Source: a virus
Virus record (IMG/VR): IMGVR_UViG_3300030109_004085
Location: 1-64,000 of that record
Reading direction: 5' to 3' (one strand)
DNA: 64,000 nt
Shown here: piece after piece, positions 1 through 7,746 of the stretch
Layout of the letters: every line of letters begins with the position of its first letter
Numbering within the stretch: position 1 is the stretch's first letter
Made by a program: the position numbers and the translations under genes
Notes under the pieces: model-generated
The model's input: the letters and a program-made list of their open reading frames with translations, nothing else
Databases searched by the model: none
Told to the model about the DNA's origin: nothing

Positions 1-38
1 AGAAGTCCGTTGCTCTATCCTGACTGAGCTACGGGTGC
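1..38 (-). tRNA. tRNA-Arg(TCT), 5' half only (truncated by window edge)
   Basis: Reverse complement GCACCCG TA GCTC AGTCAGGATA GAGC A ACGGA CTTCT: acceptor 5' strand, D-arm, anticodon stem, anticodon TCT. Confidence 0.85.
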
Positions 39-58
39 TCGTTCCTTCCATCATCTAT

Positions 59-87
59 ACAATAGCACACAGGGCCGCGGTTGTCAA
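59..87 (-). promoter_or_regulatory. sigma70-type promoter for tRNA-Arg
   Basis: TTGACA-N17-TATTGT with TG extended -10. Confidence 0.75.
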
Positions 88-94
88 GAATTGA

Positions 95-466
95 TTACGA
101 AAGTCTTGTTTTCTTGAGCTTGCCTTCATTATCAAACCAGTAAACATTCTTCACGCCTTTGCGTGTCAGCAACTTCATACAACCATGACAGGGTTTTGAA
201 GATCCAAGTCCACCGTTCGGTTGGATACGCACACAAAGCACCTCTGAATTATAGATAGCGTCCGCACGCAAACCCTTCAAGCAATCTCGCTCTGAATGAA
301 TAGAAAACCGACGCTTGTCATCATCGTTTGGTGGTGCGACGGGATAGTTGTACCCTGTTCCAAGGATCTTCTTACCCTTCCAAATCACAGCACCGTGACG
401 ATAGTTCATTGGCGATTTATACGCTTGCGTTACAGCAAGTTGTAGAATGTTATCGTTAATCTTCAT
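95..466 (-). CDS. zinc-dependent cytidine/dCMP deaminase-family protein
   Basis: HGAVI..GYN, HSE (HxE) and KPCHGC (PCxxC) motifs. Confidence 0.8.
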   Translation of the reverse strand: MKINDNILQLAVTQAYKSPMNYRHGAVIWKGKKILGTGYNYPVAPPNDDDKRRFSIHSERDCLKGLRADAIYNSEVLCVRIQPNGGLGSSKPCHGCMKLLTRKGVKNVYWFDNEGKLKKTRLS

Positions 467-471
467 AACTA

Positions 472-894
472 TCAGTAGTCCGTGTTTTTCCTGACAGTTT
501 CATTAATCGGGAAATGTGTAGGCTGGTGCTTCTTAACACTGAAGCTTTTCGGCTTAGACTTATACAAATCCAAGGGGTAATAGAAAATTTGTTTTGTCTC
601 TATATCCACTCCCGCTAGCCACTCTACTCCACAAGCAGCGTAATCAATAGAGTTCCTTACTTTCCCATTTTTTGTTACCCTCTGATTACCGCGCTCAACG
701 ATCCGGTGCAGCTTATGATTGCTCATTTTTTTTACCTGCACTCTATAAAATGTACCGTGCATTTCCACAACCAAATCATAAGCCGAGTCACGCGAGGAGG
801 GAGTTAGTACAATCCATCCACGACGCATAAGATCAGTGCTAACCATAGCCTCAGCTAAATCGGCATTCATATTGGTATTGGTTTTATAAGTCAT
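472..894 (-). CDS. PD-(D/E)xK endonuclease, I-Ssp6803I/PDDEXK_5-like (probable homing endonuclease)
   Basis: AE..V...L..RGW.V..P....AYDLVV......RVQVK pattern; start moved to ATG 894 because the track ORF runs into a tRNA. Confidence 0.7.
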   Translation of the reverse strand: MTYKTNTNMNADLAEAMVSTDLMRRGWIVLTPSSRDSAYDLVVEMHGTFYRVQVKKMSNHKLHRIVERGNQRVTKNGKVRNSIDYAACGVEWLAGVDIETKQIFYYPLDLYKSKPKSFSVKKHQPTHFPINETVRKNTDY

Positions 895-918
895 AACTAC
901 GAAGTCTGAATAGTAAAA

Positions 919-995
919 TGGCTGGGGCGGTTGGATTCGAACCAACAACCTCCGGGGTAACAACCCGGCGTCCTTGCCAATAGGACCTCACCCCA
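919..995 (-). tRNA. tRNA-Asn(GTT), divergent copy
   Basis: TGGGGTG AG GTCC TATTGGCAA GGAC G CCGGG TTGTTAC CCCGG AGGTT GTTGG TTCGAAT CCAAC CGCCCCA GCCA. Confidence 0.85.
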
Positions 996-996
996 A

Positions 997-1073
997 TGGT
1001 GGGATAGGTGGGACTTGAACCCACGACCGGCGCTTTATAAGAACGCTACTCTGACCTACTGAGTTACTATCCC
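997..1073 (-). tRNA. tRNA-Ile(TAT)
   Basis: GGGATAG TA ACTC AGTAGGTCA GAGT A GCGTT CTTATAA AGCGC CGGTC GTGGG TTCAAGT CCCAC CTATCCC ACCA. Confidence 0.9.
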
Positions 1074-1126
1074 AGGTTTAGGTTTGTAGGTCATTGAGAG
1101 TATACACTTAGGCTCGTAAGCGCCGG

Positions 1127-1318
1127 CTAACTCTTCTTATCTGTTTGTAAAACCATGAGAAGCCACTGCTTAAATTGCTTAGGTGCCCATCGTTTAAGGT
1201 TGTGTTCCAGTTTGAACCACTTTACAAAGTCATCAGACATGTCAATAGTCAGGACATTCTCGTCCTCGTTCTTTAACTCAACTTTTAGCATTGTAATGTG
1301 GGGCTTGTAATCTTTCAT
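1127..1318 (-). CDS. hypothetical protein (MKDYKPH...)
   Basis: ORF trimmed to ATG 1318, just downstream of its own promoter; the track extension overlaps a tRNA. Confidence 0.6.
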   Translation of the reverse strand: MKDYKPHITMLKVELKNEDENVLTIDMSDDFVKWFKLEHNLKRWAPKQFKQWLLMVLQTDKKS

Positions 1319-1325
1319 TGTGAAT

Positions 1326-1354
1326 ATATTACCACGCTGGAACGTGTTTGTCAA
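1326..1354 (-). promoter_or_regulatory. sigma70-type promoter (probably leaderless mRNA)
   Basis: TTGACA-N17-TAATAT, TG extension, ATG 7 nt downstream. Confidence 0.7.
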
Positions 1355-1362
1355 GCGTTTTT

Positions 1363-1437
1363 TGGCTCCGGTGGCTGGACTCGAACCAGCAACCGTCCGA
1401 TTAACAGTCGGAAGCTCTACCATTGAGCTACACCGGA
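1363..1437 (-). tRNA. tRNA-Asn(GTT), canonical copy
   Basis: TCCGGTG...TCCGA CTGTTAA TCGGA...TTCGAGT...CACCGGA GCCA. Confidence 0.95.
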
Positions 1438-1443
1438 ATAAAA

Positions 1444-1542
1444 TTAGTCGTCTTGATCGTAAGTTTTAAGGCCATTACTAACCTCTGCAATGGCCACAGA
1501 AGCTGCCATCACAAATAACGTGAATCCTACTACAACATACAT
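1444..1542 (-). CDS. 32-aa hydrophobic peptide MYVVVGFTLFVMAASVAIAEVSNGLKTYDQDD
   Basis: GGAG SD, TAATG overlap with upstream micro-ORF; below track size cutoff. Confidence 0.45.
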   Translation of the reverse strand: MYVVVGFTLFVMAASVAIAEVSNGLKTYDQDD

Positions 1543-1622
1543 TATCTTTTCTCCATGTAAAACCATACAGCCAGTCCCATTAGAACTACGACTGCTACTA
1601 TTGCTTCAATATAATCTAGCAT
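1542..1622 (-). CDS. 26-aa single-TM peptide MLDYIEAIVAVVVLMGLAVWFYMEKR
   Basis: Manual translation; one hydrophobic helix; fills the gap between tRNAs. Confidence 0.45.
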   Translation of the reverse strand: MLDYIEAIVAVVVLMGLAVWFYMEKR

Positions 1623-1638
1623 ATTATACTTTCTTAAT

Positions 1639-1724
1639 TGGTAGCGCGGGCGAGAGTCGAACTCGCACGCACATAAGTGCGGCAGATTTTGAGTCTGCTG
1701 TGTCTACCATTCCACCACCGCGCC
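1639..1724 (-). tRNA. tRNA-Leu(CAA)
   Basis: GCAGA CTCAAAA TCTGC anticodon arm, long variable arm, TTCGACT, ACCA end. Confidence 0.95.
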
Positions 1725-1743
1725 GTATCTCCATCGTGACTAC

Positions 1744-1772
1744 AGTCTATCACGCCCTGCCAGTCTTGTCAA
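1744..1772 (-). promoter_or_regulatory. sigma70-type promoter for tRNA-Leu
   Basis: TTGACA-N17-TAGACT, TG extension. Confidence 0.75.
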
Positions 1773-1804
1773 CCCTTATCTTAACTTTCAGCTTATTTTG
1801 AGAA

Positions 1805-1880
1805 TGGTGAACCCCCAGGGACTCGAACCCTGAACCGGCGGATTAAAAGTCCGCAGCTCTACCTGTTGAGCTAGGGGTCC
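1805..1880 (-). tRNA. tRNA-Lys(TTT)
   Basis: GCGGA CTTTTAA TCCGC anticodon arm, TTCGAGT, ACCA end. Confidence 0.95.
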
Positions 1881-1898
1881 TTCTCTCATCGTGTGTAT

Positions 1899-1927
1899 AC
1901 TATACCAGGGCCAGTGAGGTTTGTCAA
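1899..1927 (-). promoter_or_regulatory. sigma70-type promoter for tRNA-Lys
   Basis: TTGACA-N17-TATAGT, TG extension. Confidence 0.8.
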
Positions 1928-1931
1928 GGTA

Positions 1932-2696
1932 TTATTTACAAACTTCGTAATCAATCCGAAGCGTCCCAGACGTTATTCCCTTTCTGGACTTTTGCGATAT
2001 TCGAATACCCTTGAGGTTGGAGTAAACTTTCTTGATGTAATTATCATCAATAGGCTTGTAGTAAAATGGCGTAAGGATATGAGTTGCAGAAGCGAAGTGA
2101 TGGCGACCCATAGTATAACAACCAGTTAGCGCTTCTTCGACCAAGCGTAGTGCGAAGGGTGGGTGATTTTCTAAAAACTTCGTAATTCGCGAAGCCAGAA
2201 GGGTCCCAATGTTTTTGTTCCATAATCCATAGTCATATTGGGGGAGAAGCTTGCCGTTCTGGAACCAATTCTTGCAGGAAGGGTGTTCTAGCAAAACCCG
2301 CTTTATATTCTGTGGAGCTACTCCACGCACGGGCATTTGTTGTAGGTTCGTAATGATCCAATCCAGTCCGCACGCGAGGAAGGTGTCCCGTAAATCGGCG
2401 GGAAAGGTATCATTGACCGCTCTAAACATATTAGCAGTAGTGGTTCCCTCCGCGGAGGTTAGTTGTACACCGCCCTTGAACTTCACCGAAACCCTATGGG
2501 AGCCAAATACAATGTCTGTTTTAACCTCTCCGACCGTGCCTGGGGCGCGCTTAATCTTAGCTTGAACACTCGTCTGTGAAGCTGCGATATTAGCTCCAGC
2601 CGCAGCAGCATGATTGCGTGCCTGGACTGCAAGAGGCTCAGTTGTATAAGGATTAGCGCACTCGCGCTCAAATTGTTTAGCGGTTAATTTGGACAT
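1932..2696 (-). CDS. putative restriction-endonuclease-fold (PD-(D/E)xK-like) protein
   Basis: N-terminal FE helix, KTDI...SVK core. Confidence 0.45.
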   Translation of the reverse strand: MSKLTAKQFERECANPYTTEPLAVQARNHAAAAGANIAASQTSVQAKIKRAPGTVGEVKTDIVFGSHRVSVKFKGGVQLTSAEGTTTANMFRAVNDTFPADLRDTFLACGLDWIITNLQQMPVRGVAPQNIKRVLLEHPSCKNWFQNGKLLPQYDYGLWNKNIGTLLASRITKFLENHPPFALRLVEEALTGCYTMGRHHFASATHILTPFYYKPIDDNYIKKVYSNLKGIRISQKSRKGITSGTLRIDYEVCK

Positions 2697-2756
2697 ACTG
2701 GTTTCTTACCAAGCTCTTCTTCTCACGCCAGAGTGGCGCTCGTTCATCTTGTGTAC

Positions 2757-2785
2757 ACTGTAGCACAGCTCTGGTCGTGTGTCAA
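2757..2785 (-). promoter_or_regulatory. sigma70-type promoter
   Basis: TTGACA-N17-TACAGT, TG extension. Confidence 0.75.
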
Positions 2786-2795
2786 GTCTTTTTTA

Positions 2796-3746
2796 CTAAC
2801 CCAGAATTAGTATCTCGGATGATTCTTTGCTTTTATTCATGCCGTAAGCCCAATCAACTTCTACAATTCTGTATCCGTCGTACAACTCACGAATATATTC
2901 ACAATCATTATATGATAATACCCACTTTTCCCGAGACTTTAGAACGTTAGCCATACCAACATGGTCAAACCCTTCGTGATGATCTCCTTCGGTCCCATAC
3001 AAAGTTTCTCGATTTGTACCATTATTGCCGGTCTCTTTATTGAGACAGTACGGAGGATCTAGATATAGACCTGTATCAGGATGTTCTGCGATGGAAACAT
3101 TGAAGTCTGCGTTTCTTACCACAAAGTTATCAACCTTAAACTTGCTGAGATTATCCAACGTATTTTGTGTAAGTCGAGCCCAGCTTGCTTTCCAAGACCA
3201 ACCTCCCGATGTTGTGGAGCCAGAAAAGCTTGTACGGTTCACGATGTAATATTGTGCAGCAGCACGGAAAAGCTTATCTTGATTCTTTACCTGTGTCCGA
3301 CTATTAACTAATTCCCTCATATCAGTAAAAACCTGTTTAGGGACGCCCAGCATATCATTCTGCCAAATACGAAGTACATCTTTGTGATGAGCACAATACT
3401 CTGTATGATTTCCTTTGGAAAGGCATTTCTTTACCTTGCACATCTTTGCAGCTTCACGAAATAGAATTGCCTCGTCTGTATAGTCACGAACATTATGTCG
3501 ATATTCGTTTATATATTCCAGTAACTTATCCGGATTGGAAAGCAAAGCCTGCCAAAACCACACAAGAGGCTGGAAAAGATCATAACCATGAACGATCATT
3601 CCTTCTTCCGCACACTTTAATTCAATTGATCCGCCCCCTAGAAAGGGGGAGCAAAGCTCCCCACAATCTAGGTTACGAATGTAAGGCATAATTGTCTCGA
3701 CTGCACGAGACTTTCCGCCTGGATATCGTAACGGCGTTTTAGGCAT
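2796..3746 (-). CDS. dam: Dam-family (D12 class) N6-adenine DNA methyltransferase
   Basis: PLRYPGGKS, PFLGGGS, YLDPPY, LSYND motifs; target specificity not determined. Confidence 0.85.
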   Translation of the reverse strand: MPKTPLRYPGGKSRAVETIMPYIRNLDCGELCSPFLGGGSIELKCAEEGMIVHGYDLFQPLVWFWQALLSNPDKLLEYINEYRHNVRDYTDEAILFREAAKMCKVKKCLSKGNHTEYCAHHKDVLRIWQNDMLGVPKQVFTDMRELVNSRTQVKNQDKLFRAAAQYYIVNRTSFSGSTTSGGWSWKASWARLTQNTLDNLSKFKVDNFVVRNADFNVSIAEHPDTGLYLDPPYCLNKETGNNGTNRETLYGTEGDHHEGFDHVGMANVLKSREKWVLSYNDCEYIRELYDGYRIVEVDWAYGMNKSKESSEILILG

Positions 3747-4920
3747 CGTCGTCCTTTGTCAATTTTTTGATTTCCTTTTCACAATCCTCGCAAGTGTTAA
3801 GGGTGCCCTCATCGTAGTTAACCAGCTGCCCCAGTTGAAATACATAATCGAATAAAGACTGCTTATCAGTTATATCAGAGCTAGAAAAATCTAGTTTTTC
3901 CATGACACCCTTTGAATCTTTATAAACTTCAACACTCTTCGTCTTCTTCGACAACGTAATTACTACAGACTTGATACTAGGAGAATTGTTGGTCTTGCGT
4001 CGGAGCAATTCCTGTCCAATGATTTTCTCTGTCATGCCTGCGGTTGGGGTTCGTAAATAAACCTTGTATTCATCGTGCTCAAATGAGTTTTCATCTGTCC
4101 ATGTGTCTGAGTCAATTGAGAACTCGGTACCGTCATCGAGAAGAACACCAGCATCTAAGGCTTTCTTGATAGTATTCCGACGATATTTTTCGTCACGATA
4201 CGAACGAATCCCCTGCTCTTGTTGCTCGCGGCGGCGAAGGGCTTCTTGCACCCACTTCTTAACGGTGGATTCTGCACGGCGCGCATCGCAGACGTGGTAA
4301 GCCCACGCAGCCAAAGACGCCTTGAACTCCTTGGAATTCACGGTTTCTTTATCCGCTGCATTGATCTTTCGACCAACAGCAGCCTTTATATCCTCAGCCG
4401 AGTTTTCTGAAGCGGGAAGGTGATTGTTAAAGGCTAGTCGTACTTCATCAGCCCACTTACACAAGAACTTGATCAGCGCGTGATCCTTCACTAGTCCTGC
4501 TCGCATGGGCTTCCGCGTGATCACGCCGTCATGCTCCAAATTTCGCGTCACAATCGTCTTAGAGCACCCATCAAATACTAATCCTTTAAAGGTAGCATTT
4601 GGATCAGTGTTGCTCAATAACAAAATTCTATCTTTTACCCCAGTAGAACGGACTGATTCGGTCATTTCAGCCACCTTACTTCCAATGTCATCTTCGCGAA
4701 TCTGTTTTATCAACCAATCAGCGTTGTCATAGAGCTGCTTATCTCCAGCGTCAATGTCAGGGTGGTAACACTGGTCTGCAAAAAAACTACCATAGTTAAT
4801 TACTTTTCCATAGAATTGATTCTTAGGATCGTTGAATGCGGAATTATTCTTAAAAGATTCAACAAATTCTTTTATTTTATTCCACTCAGTGTCAGTAGGC
4901 AAAATGTTCTTAGTCTTCAT
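3739..4920 (-). CDS. hypothetical protein, possible degenerate ParB/Srx-like N-terminal domain
   Basis: SVRSTGVKDRILL...VFDGCSK loosely resembles the ParB S....G...PI...DGxHR core. Confidence 0.4.
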   Translation of the reverse strand: MKTKNILPTDTEWNKIKEFVESFKNNSAFNDPKNQFYGKVINYGSFFADQCYHPDIDAGDKQLYDNADWLIKQIREDDIGSKVAEMTESVRSTGVKDRILLLSNTDPNATFKGLVFDGCSKTIVTRNLEHDGVITRKPMRAGLVKDHALIKFLCKWADEVRLAFNNHLPASENSAEDIKAAVGRKINAADKETVNSKEFKASLAAWAYHVCDARRAESTVKKWVQEALRRREQQEQGIRSYRDEKYRRNTIKKALDAGVLLDDGTEFSIDSDTWTDENSFEHDEYKVYLRTPTAGMTEKIIGQELLRRKTNNSPSIKSVVITLSKKTKSVEVYKDSKGVMEKLDFSSSDITDKQSLFDYVFQLGQLVNYDEGTLNTCEDCEKEIKKLTKDDDA

Positions 4921-4975
4921 TCTTATTCTCCTCTTTTCCCCACATTGGGGCTATATTTTTGGTCACGGTAAGATC

Positions 4976-5242
4976 CTACCAGTTATCATGATTCCTGTCA
5001 AGGGAAGTTTCATTTCTTCGGTTTCTTCCTGCCCCAGAAAGCACAAACGCCGGGGGCCAAATCGTAAGTATAACGAACAGGGTCGCTGCAACTCCAGTTT
5101 TCAGCGTGACGTATGTGTCTAACTGAAAATCGTTGATAACCACAGTTGCCATCGCTGCTGTTGCAGCCATATAAAGTGTGACTGCAATGAAGAACCCTAA
5201 GGCTAACATCATATCACGAACAAAATCTAAAAAGCGTCTCAT
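4976..5242 (-). CDS. two-TM membrane protein
   Basis: Two hydrophobic segments; GGAG SD. Confidence 0.6.
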   Translation of the reverse strand: MRRFLDFVRDMMLALGFFIAVTLYMAATAAMATVVINDFQLDTYVTLKTGVAATLFVILTIWPPAFVLSGAGRNRRNETSLDRNHDNW

Positions 5243-5629
5243 CTAATACTCCCCTGCCATAAAAGGCATATCCAATACTGTATCGTCACCACCAAAATGA
5301 TGCTTAAGCCAGTCGTTGATAGCCCTAATAGCATAATCTACAGTTACATCATCGTCAGTACGGTCCAACAAAAGCTCCTTAATCTCGTCAAAAAGATGAA
5401 TTTGCGGAATAGGAATCGCGCCGTCTAGACGTTCGGCATCTTCATGAACCTGGAAGGCAGAGAACGTTTCGCCCCGAAGACGAACGTACCTATCTCCATT
5501 CTTCCATTGCCAATCAAATCCTAGTTTCCATAGTCGAGCCCAAATAAGCGTCCAATCTCTAATCGCTTCTTCGGACCAAGTAAAGTTGCTAATTGTATGC
5601 GTCATCCATTCGTCTTCGTAATCAGTCAT
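5243..5629 (-). CDS. hypothetical protein
   Basis: ORF in packed operon; start moved to ATG 5629 (MTDYEDEW) after GGAGG. Confidence 0.55.
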   Translation of the reverse strand: MTDYEDEWMTHTISNFTWSEEAIRDWTLIWARLWKLGFDWQWKNGDRYVRLRGETFSAFQVHEDAERLDGAIPIPQIHLFDEIKELLLDRTDDDVTVDYAIRAINDWLKHHFGGDDTVLDMPFMAGEY

Positions 5630-5864
5630 CGCCGCGGTAAACCTCCATCGTTGCCATAGTATACCCTCTGAACAGCACGTTGTCAACCTCTACTTCAGAT
5701 CTTTTTATTTCGTGCTCAATCCTAAGTTCACGAAGTCGCCGGGTCGTGTATCTTTCAACCACCGGGTCTAGTTGTTGAAGCTGAGGGCGTTGCCCTCTAA
5801 GCTCCCTCATTCTTCGCTTAGTATATTCTTCAATCTCTTGATATTCGTTCAAGGTAATCTCCAT
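5622..5864 (-). CDS. hypothetical protein with a duplicated YTxRR(M/L)RELR motif
   Basis: YTKRRMRELR and YTTRRLRELR in translation. Confidence 0.55.
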   Translation of the reverse strand: MEITLNEYQEIEEYTKRRMRELRGQRPQLQQLDPVVERYTTRRLRELRIEHEIKRSEVEVDNVLFRGYTMATMEVYRGDD

Positions 5865-6036
5865 GAAATGTTATTGTTTTTCTAAATTTAGTAAAATAAA
5901 CAGCATACTTCTTTCCGTGGTCATTCTCTTTGCCCCGCGGATAATGTCCGTCTAATACGACACCAATTCCATAGCCGTTTTCGCCTTTGTTTAATTTATC
6001 GCGAACTAAGTCGCCTACCTTTAATTCTTTCTTCAA
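5830..6036 (-). CDS. small SH3/KOW-like beta-barrel protein
   Basis: LKVGDLVR...GIGVV pattern. Confidence 0.55.
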   Translation of the reverse strand: MKKELKVGDLVRDKLNKGENGYGIGVVLDGHYPRGKENDHGKKYAVYFTKFRKTITFHGDYLERISRD

Positions 6037-6503
6037 CGTTTTACAACCATTACATCAGGCGCTCTACGCGGCTTTCTACTGCGTTTTGTCGCCTTCTGCT
6101 TTGTCCTCCCCTCTGCTTGCCTTACACAACGTCCACAAGCAACGTAGCCCTTCATAGGACCCTCCTTAAGACGTAAGAATGCTGGGGAATATCCACAACT
6201 TTCACACGTTATTCGTGATTGTTCCCGAGCAGTCTCAATGAGATCCAAGACCGGCGGCGTAAGATTGCGTGCCTCAACATAAAGTGTCCCGTCTTCGTTG
6301 CGAGAAACTTCTGTAACGGCTGGTGCGAATTCGTCGTCTGACGATAGCGCAGCAATCCTTTTAGACATTTTGTGAATAATATTATACCAACCATCACCAC
6401 ACTGAAATCCCCAGCCCATCTTTGAGCTTTCTAATGGGGCCAATCTTTCTCTGTATAAATGTGAGAACCTTTCGTAAAGTTCGTTTTCTTTATGACTATC
6501 CAT
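6033..6503 (-). CDS. conserved phage hypothetical protein with Zn ribbon
   Basis: GFQCGDGW, CESCG and CGRC motifs. Confidence 0.65.
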   Translation of the reverse strand: MDSHKENELYERFSHLYRERLAPLESSKMGWGFQCGDGWYNIIHKMSKRIAALSSDDEFAPAVTEVSRNEDGTLYVEARNLTPPVLDLIETAREQSRITCESCGYSPAFLRLKEGPMKGYVACGRCVRQAEGRTKQKATKRSRKPRRAPDVMVVKR

Positions 6504-6522
6504 AGTAGCCTCCTACACCCAT

Positions 6523-6551
6523 ACAGTAGCACAGGGGACAGGAGATGTCAA
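6523..6551 (-). promoter_or_regulatory. sigma70-type promoter
   Basis: TTGACA-N17-TACTGT, then AGGAGG SD. Confidence 0.75.
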
Positions 6552-6565
6552 GGTTTATTATCGTT

Positions 6566-6811
6566 TTATCGAGTTTGGCGTGCTCGGACCGCTGAATAAT
6601 ATCCGTTCTTTTGTGCGGACTCTTCATCAGCGAAGCACAGTTCAGCGTTTGTACGATGATAGAACGGACTATCCGGGGTATGATATAAATATGAATTAGC
6701 ATTGCCCTTAATAGGGAAATCCGCTGGACAGCTTCCATCGAGGGGCGCAAACCTTATATGGGCACACCCAGTCATTAATAGAGCGCAAATAATAATTAAA
6801 ATCTTTCTCAT
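6566..6811 (-). CDS. small lipoprotein with sunset/Ada-like domain
   Basis: Lipobox LMTGC; IKGN...YH.P....Y.....E.CF..E..A...GY. Confidence 0.7.
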   Translation of the reverse strand: MRKILIIICALLMTGCAHIRFAPLDGSCPADFPIKGNANSYLYHTPDSPFYHRTNAELCFADEESAQKNGYYSAVRARQTR

Positions 6812-6812
6812 C

Positions 6813-7016
6813 TTATCCTCTTTTAATCAGATCAACATCTTGAACTGGAAAAACATGTATTTCGTTGTTTATGTGGGCTTTGCCCACCCACCACGACTCA
6901 CCACTCTCTTCGTGCGTAAGCTTATAAACATCCACCACAACTCCAACTGAGTCGCGAAGATACGCAACGCGAGGACGCACCAAATCACCAATTCTTATGT
7001 CTACTGGGCACTCCAT
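6813..7016 (-). CDS. small SH3/KOW-like protein
   Basis: IRIGDLVRP...VGVVV; start moved to ATG 7016 downstream of promoter and GGAG. Confidence 0.55.
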   Translation of the reverse strand: MECPVDIRIGDLVRPRVAYLRDSVGVVVDVYKLTHEESGESWWVGKAHINNEIHVFPVQDVDLIKRG

Positions 7017-7034
7017 CGCTCCACCTTCAACTAC

Positions 7035-7063
7035 ATAGTAGCACGCAGGGCGCTCGGTGTCAA
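7035..7063 (-). promoter_or_regulatory. sigma70-type promoter
   Basis: TTGACA-N17-TACTAT, TG extension. Confidence 0.75.
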
Positions 7064-7071
7064 GGATTATA

Positions 7072-7746
7072 TTATCTTCTTCGCTTGGGGGGGACATCCA
7101 CGCTCATTAGAGCATCTAATGCGTCGCGTTCTGGGGTGCCGGGAGTAGCAGCACGACCGACAGGAACATTTCTAGCTGGACGACTGTCAGCGTCGGACTT
7201 GGCTCTATCAAACATATCCTTACCTAAGTCCATAGTCTTCTTCTCAACGTATGTTAGAAGTGACTCAAGGTTTTCTGTGTTTGATCTTCCTTTAACTTCC
7301 AAAGCGGCGTCTTGAGAATTCTTAAACATTCCAATCCACTCTTCCACCCTGTCCATAAGCATAGGATTTGGCTTATTCATCTTTGTTTCGCCTGGGAACA
7401 TGAAACCAAACAAACTATCCAGAAGGTTACCCTCATCGTCCTCTTGTCTTAAACTAAAGATCAACTCTCGATTTGTGACATCTGGATATAGAATATCTAC
7501 GAGGCTCTCGGCGCGGCGACGATCTTCCTTGGTGGCTTTCGAGCCGCGCATGGCACGATCTCGGAGTTTATCGCGCATAGCTCGGACGTCAACTTTCTTG
7601 GTTTCTGCCCCGGCGGCAGCGCGTTTCATCGCCTCTCTTTCACCCGGCTCAAGCATACGCGTTGTTCCCGGGTCTTCCTGCTCCGCAAGAATATTATGCA
7701 GTTCCTCTGTGATGATTCGCTTAAGCTTCGACTTCGTTATTTTCAT
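7072..7746 (-). CDS. putative internal head protein with MKITKxxLxxIIxEE leader
   Basis: N-terminus MKITKSKLKRIITEELHNILAE; late motif upstream. Confidence 0.55.
   Translation of the reverse strand: MKITKSKLKRIITEELHNILAEQEDPGTTRMLEPGEREAMKRAAAGAETKKVDVRAMRDKLRDRAMRGSKATKEDRRRAESLVDILYPDVTNRELIFSLRQEDDEGNLLDSLFGFMFPGETKMNKPNPMLMDRVEEWIGMFKNSQDAALEVKGRSNTENLESLLTYVEKKTMDLGKDMFDRAKSDADSRPARNVPVGRAATPGTPERDALDALMSVDVPPKRRR

Noticed and set aside
895-1423. N-terminal extensions of ORFs 472..963 and 1127..1423
   Set aside because: They run through tRNA genes; downstream ATGs fit better
895-1804. tRNA-associated HDV-like (theta) ribozymes
   Set aside because: Sequences after each CCA are short AT-rich spacers, promoters or another tRNA, with no nested double pseudoknot evident
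2706-2747. 13-codon leader ORF MNERHSGVRRRAW
   Set aside because: No SD, no attenuator structure and no independent support
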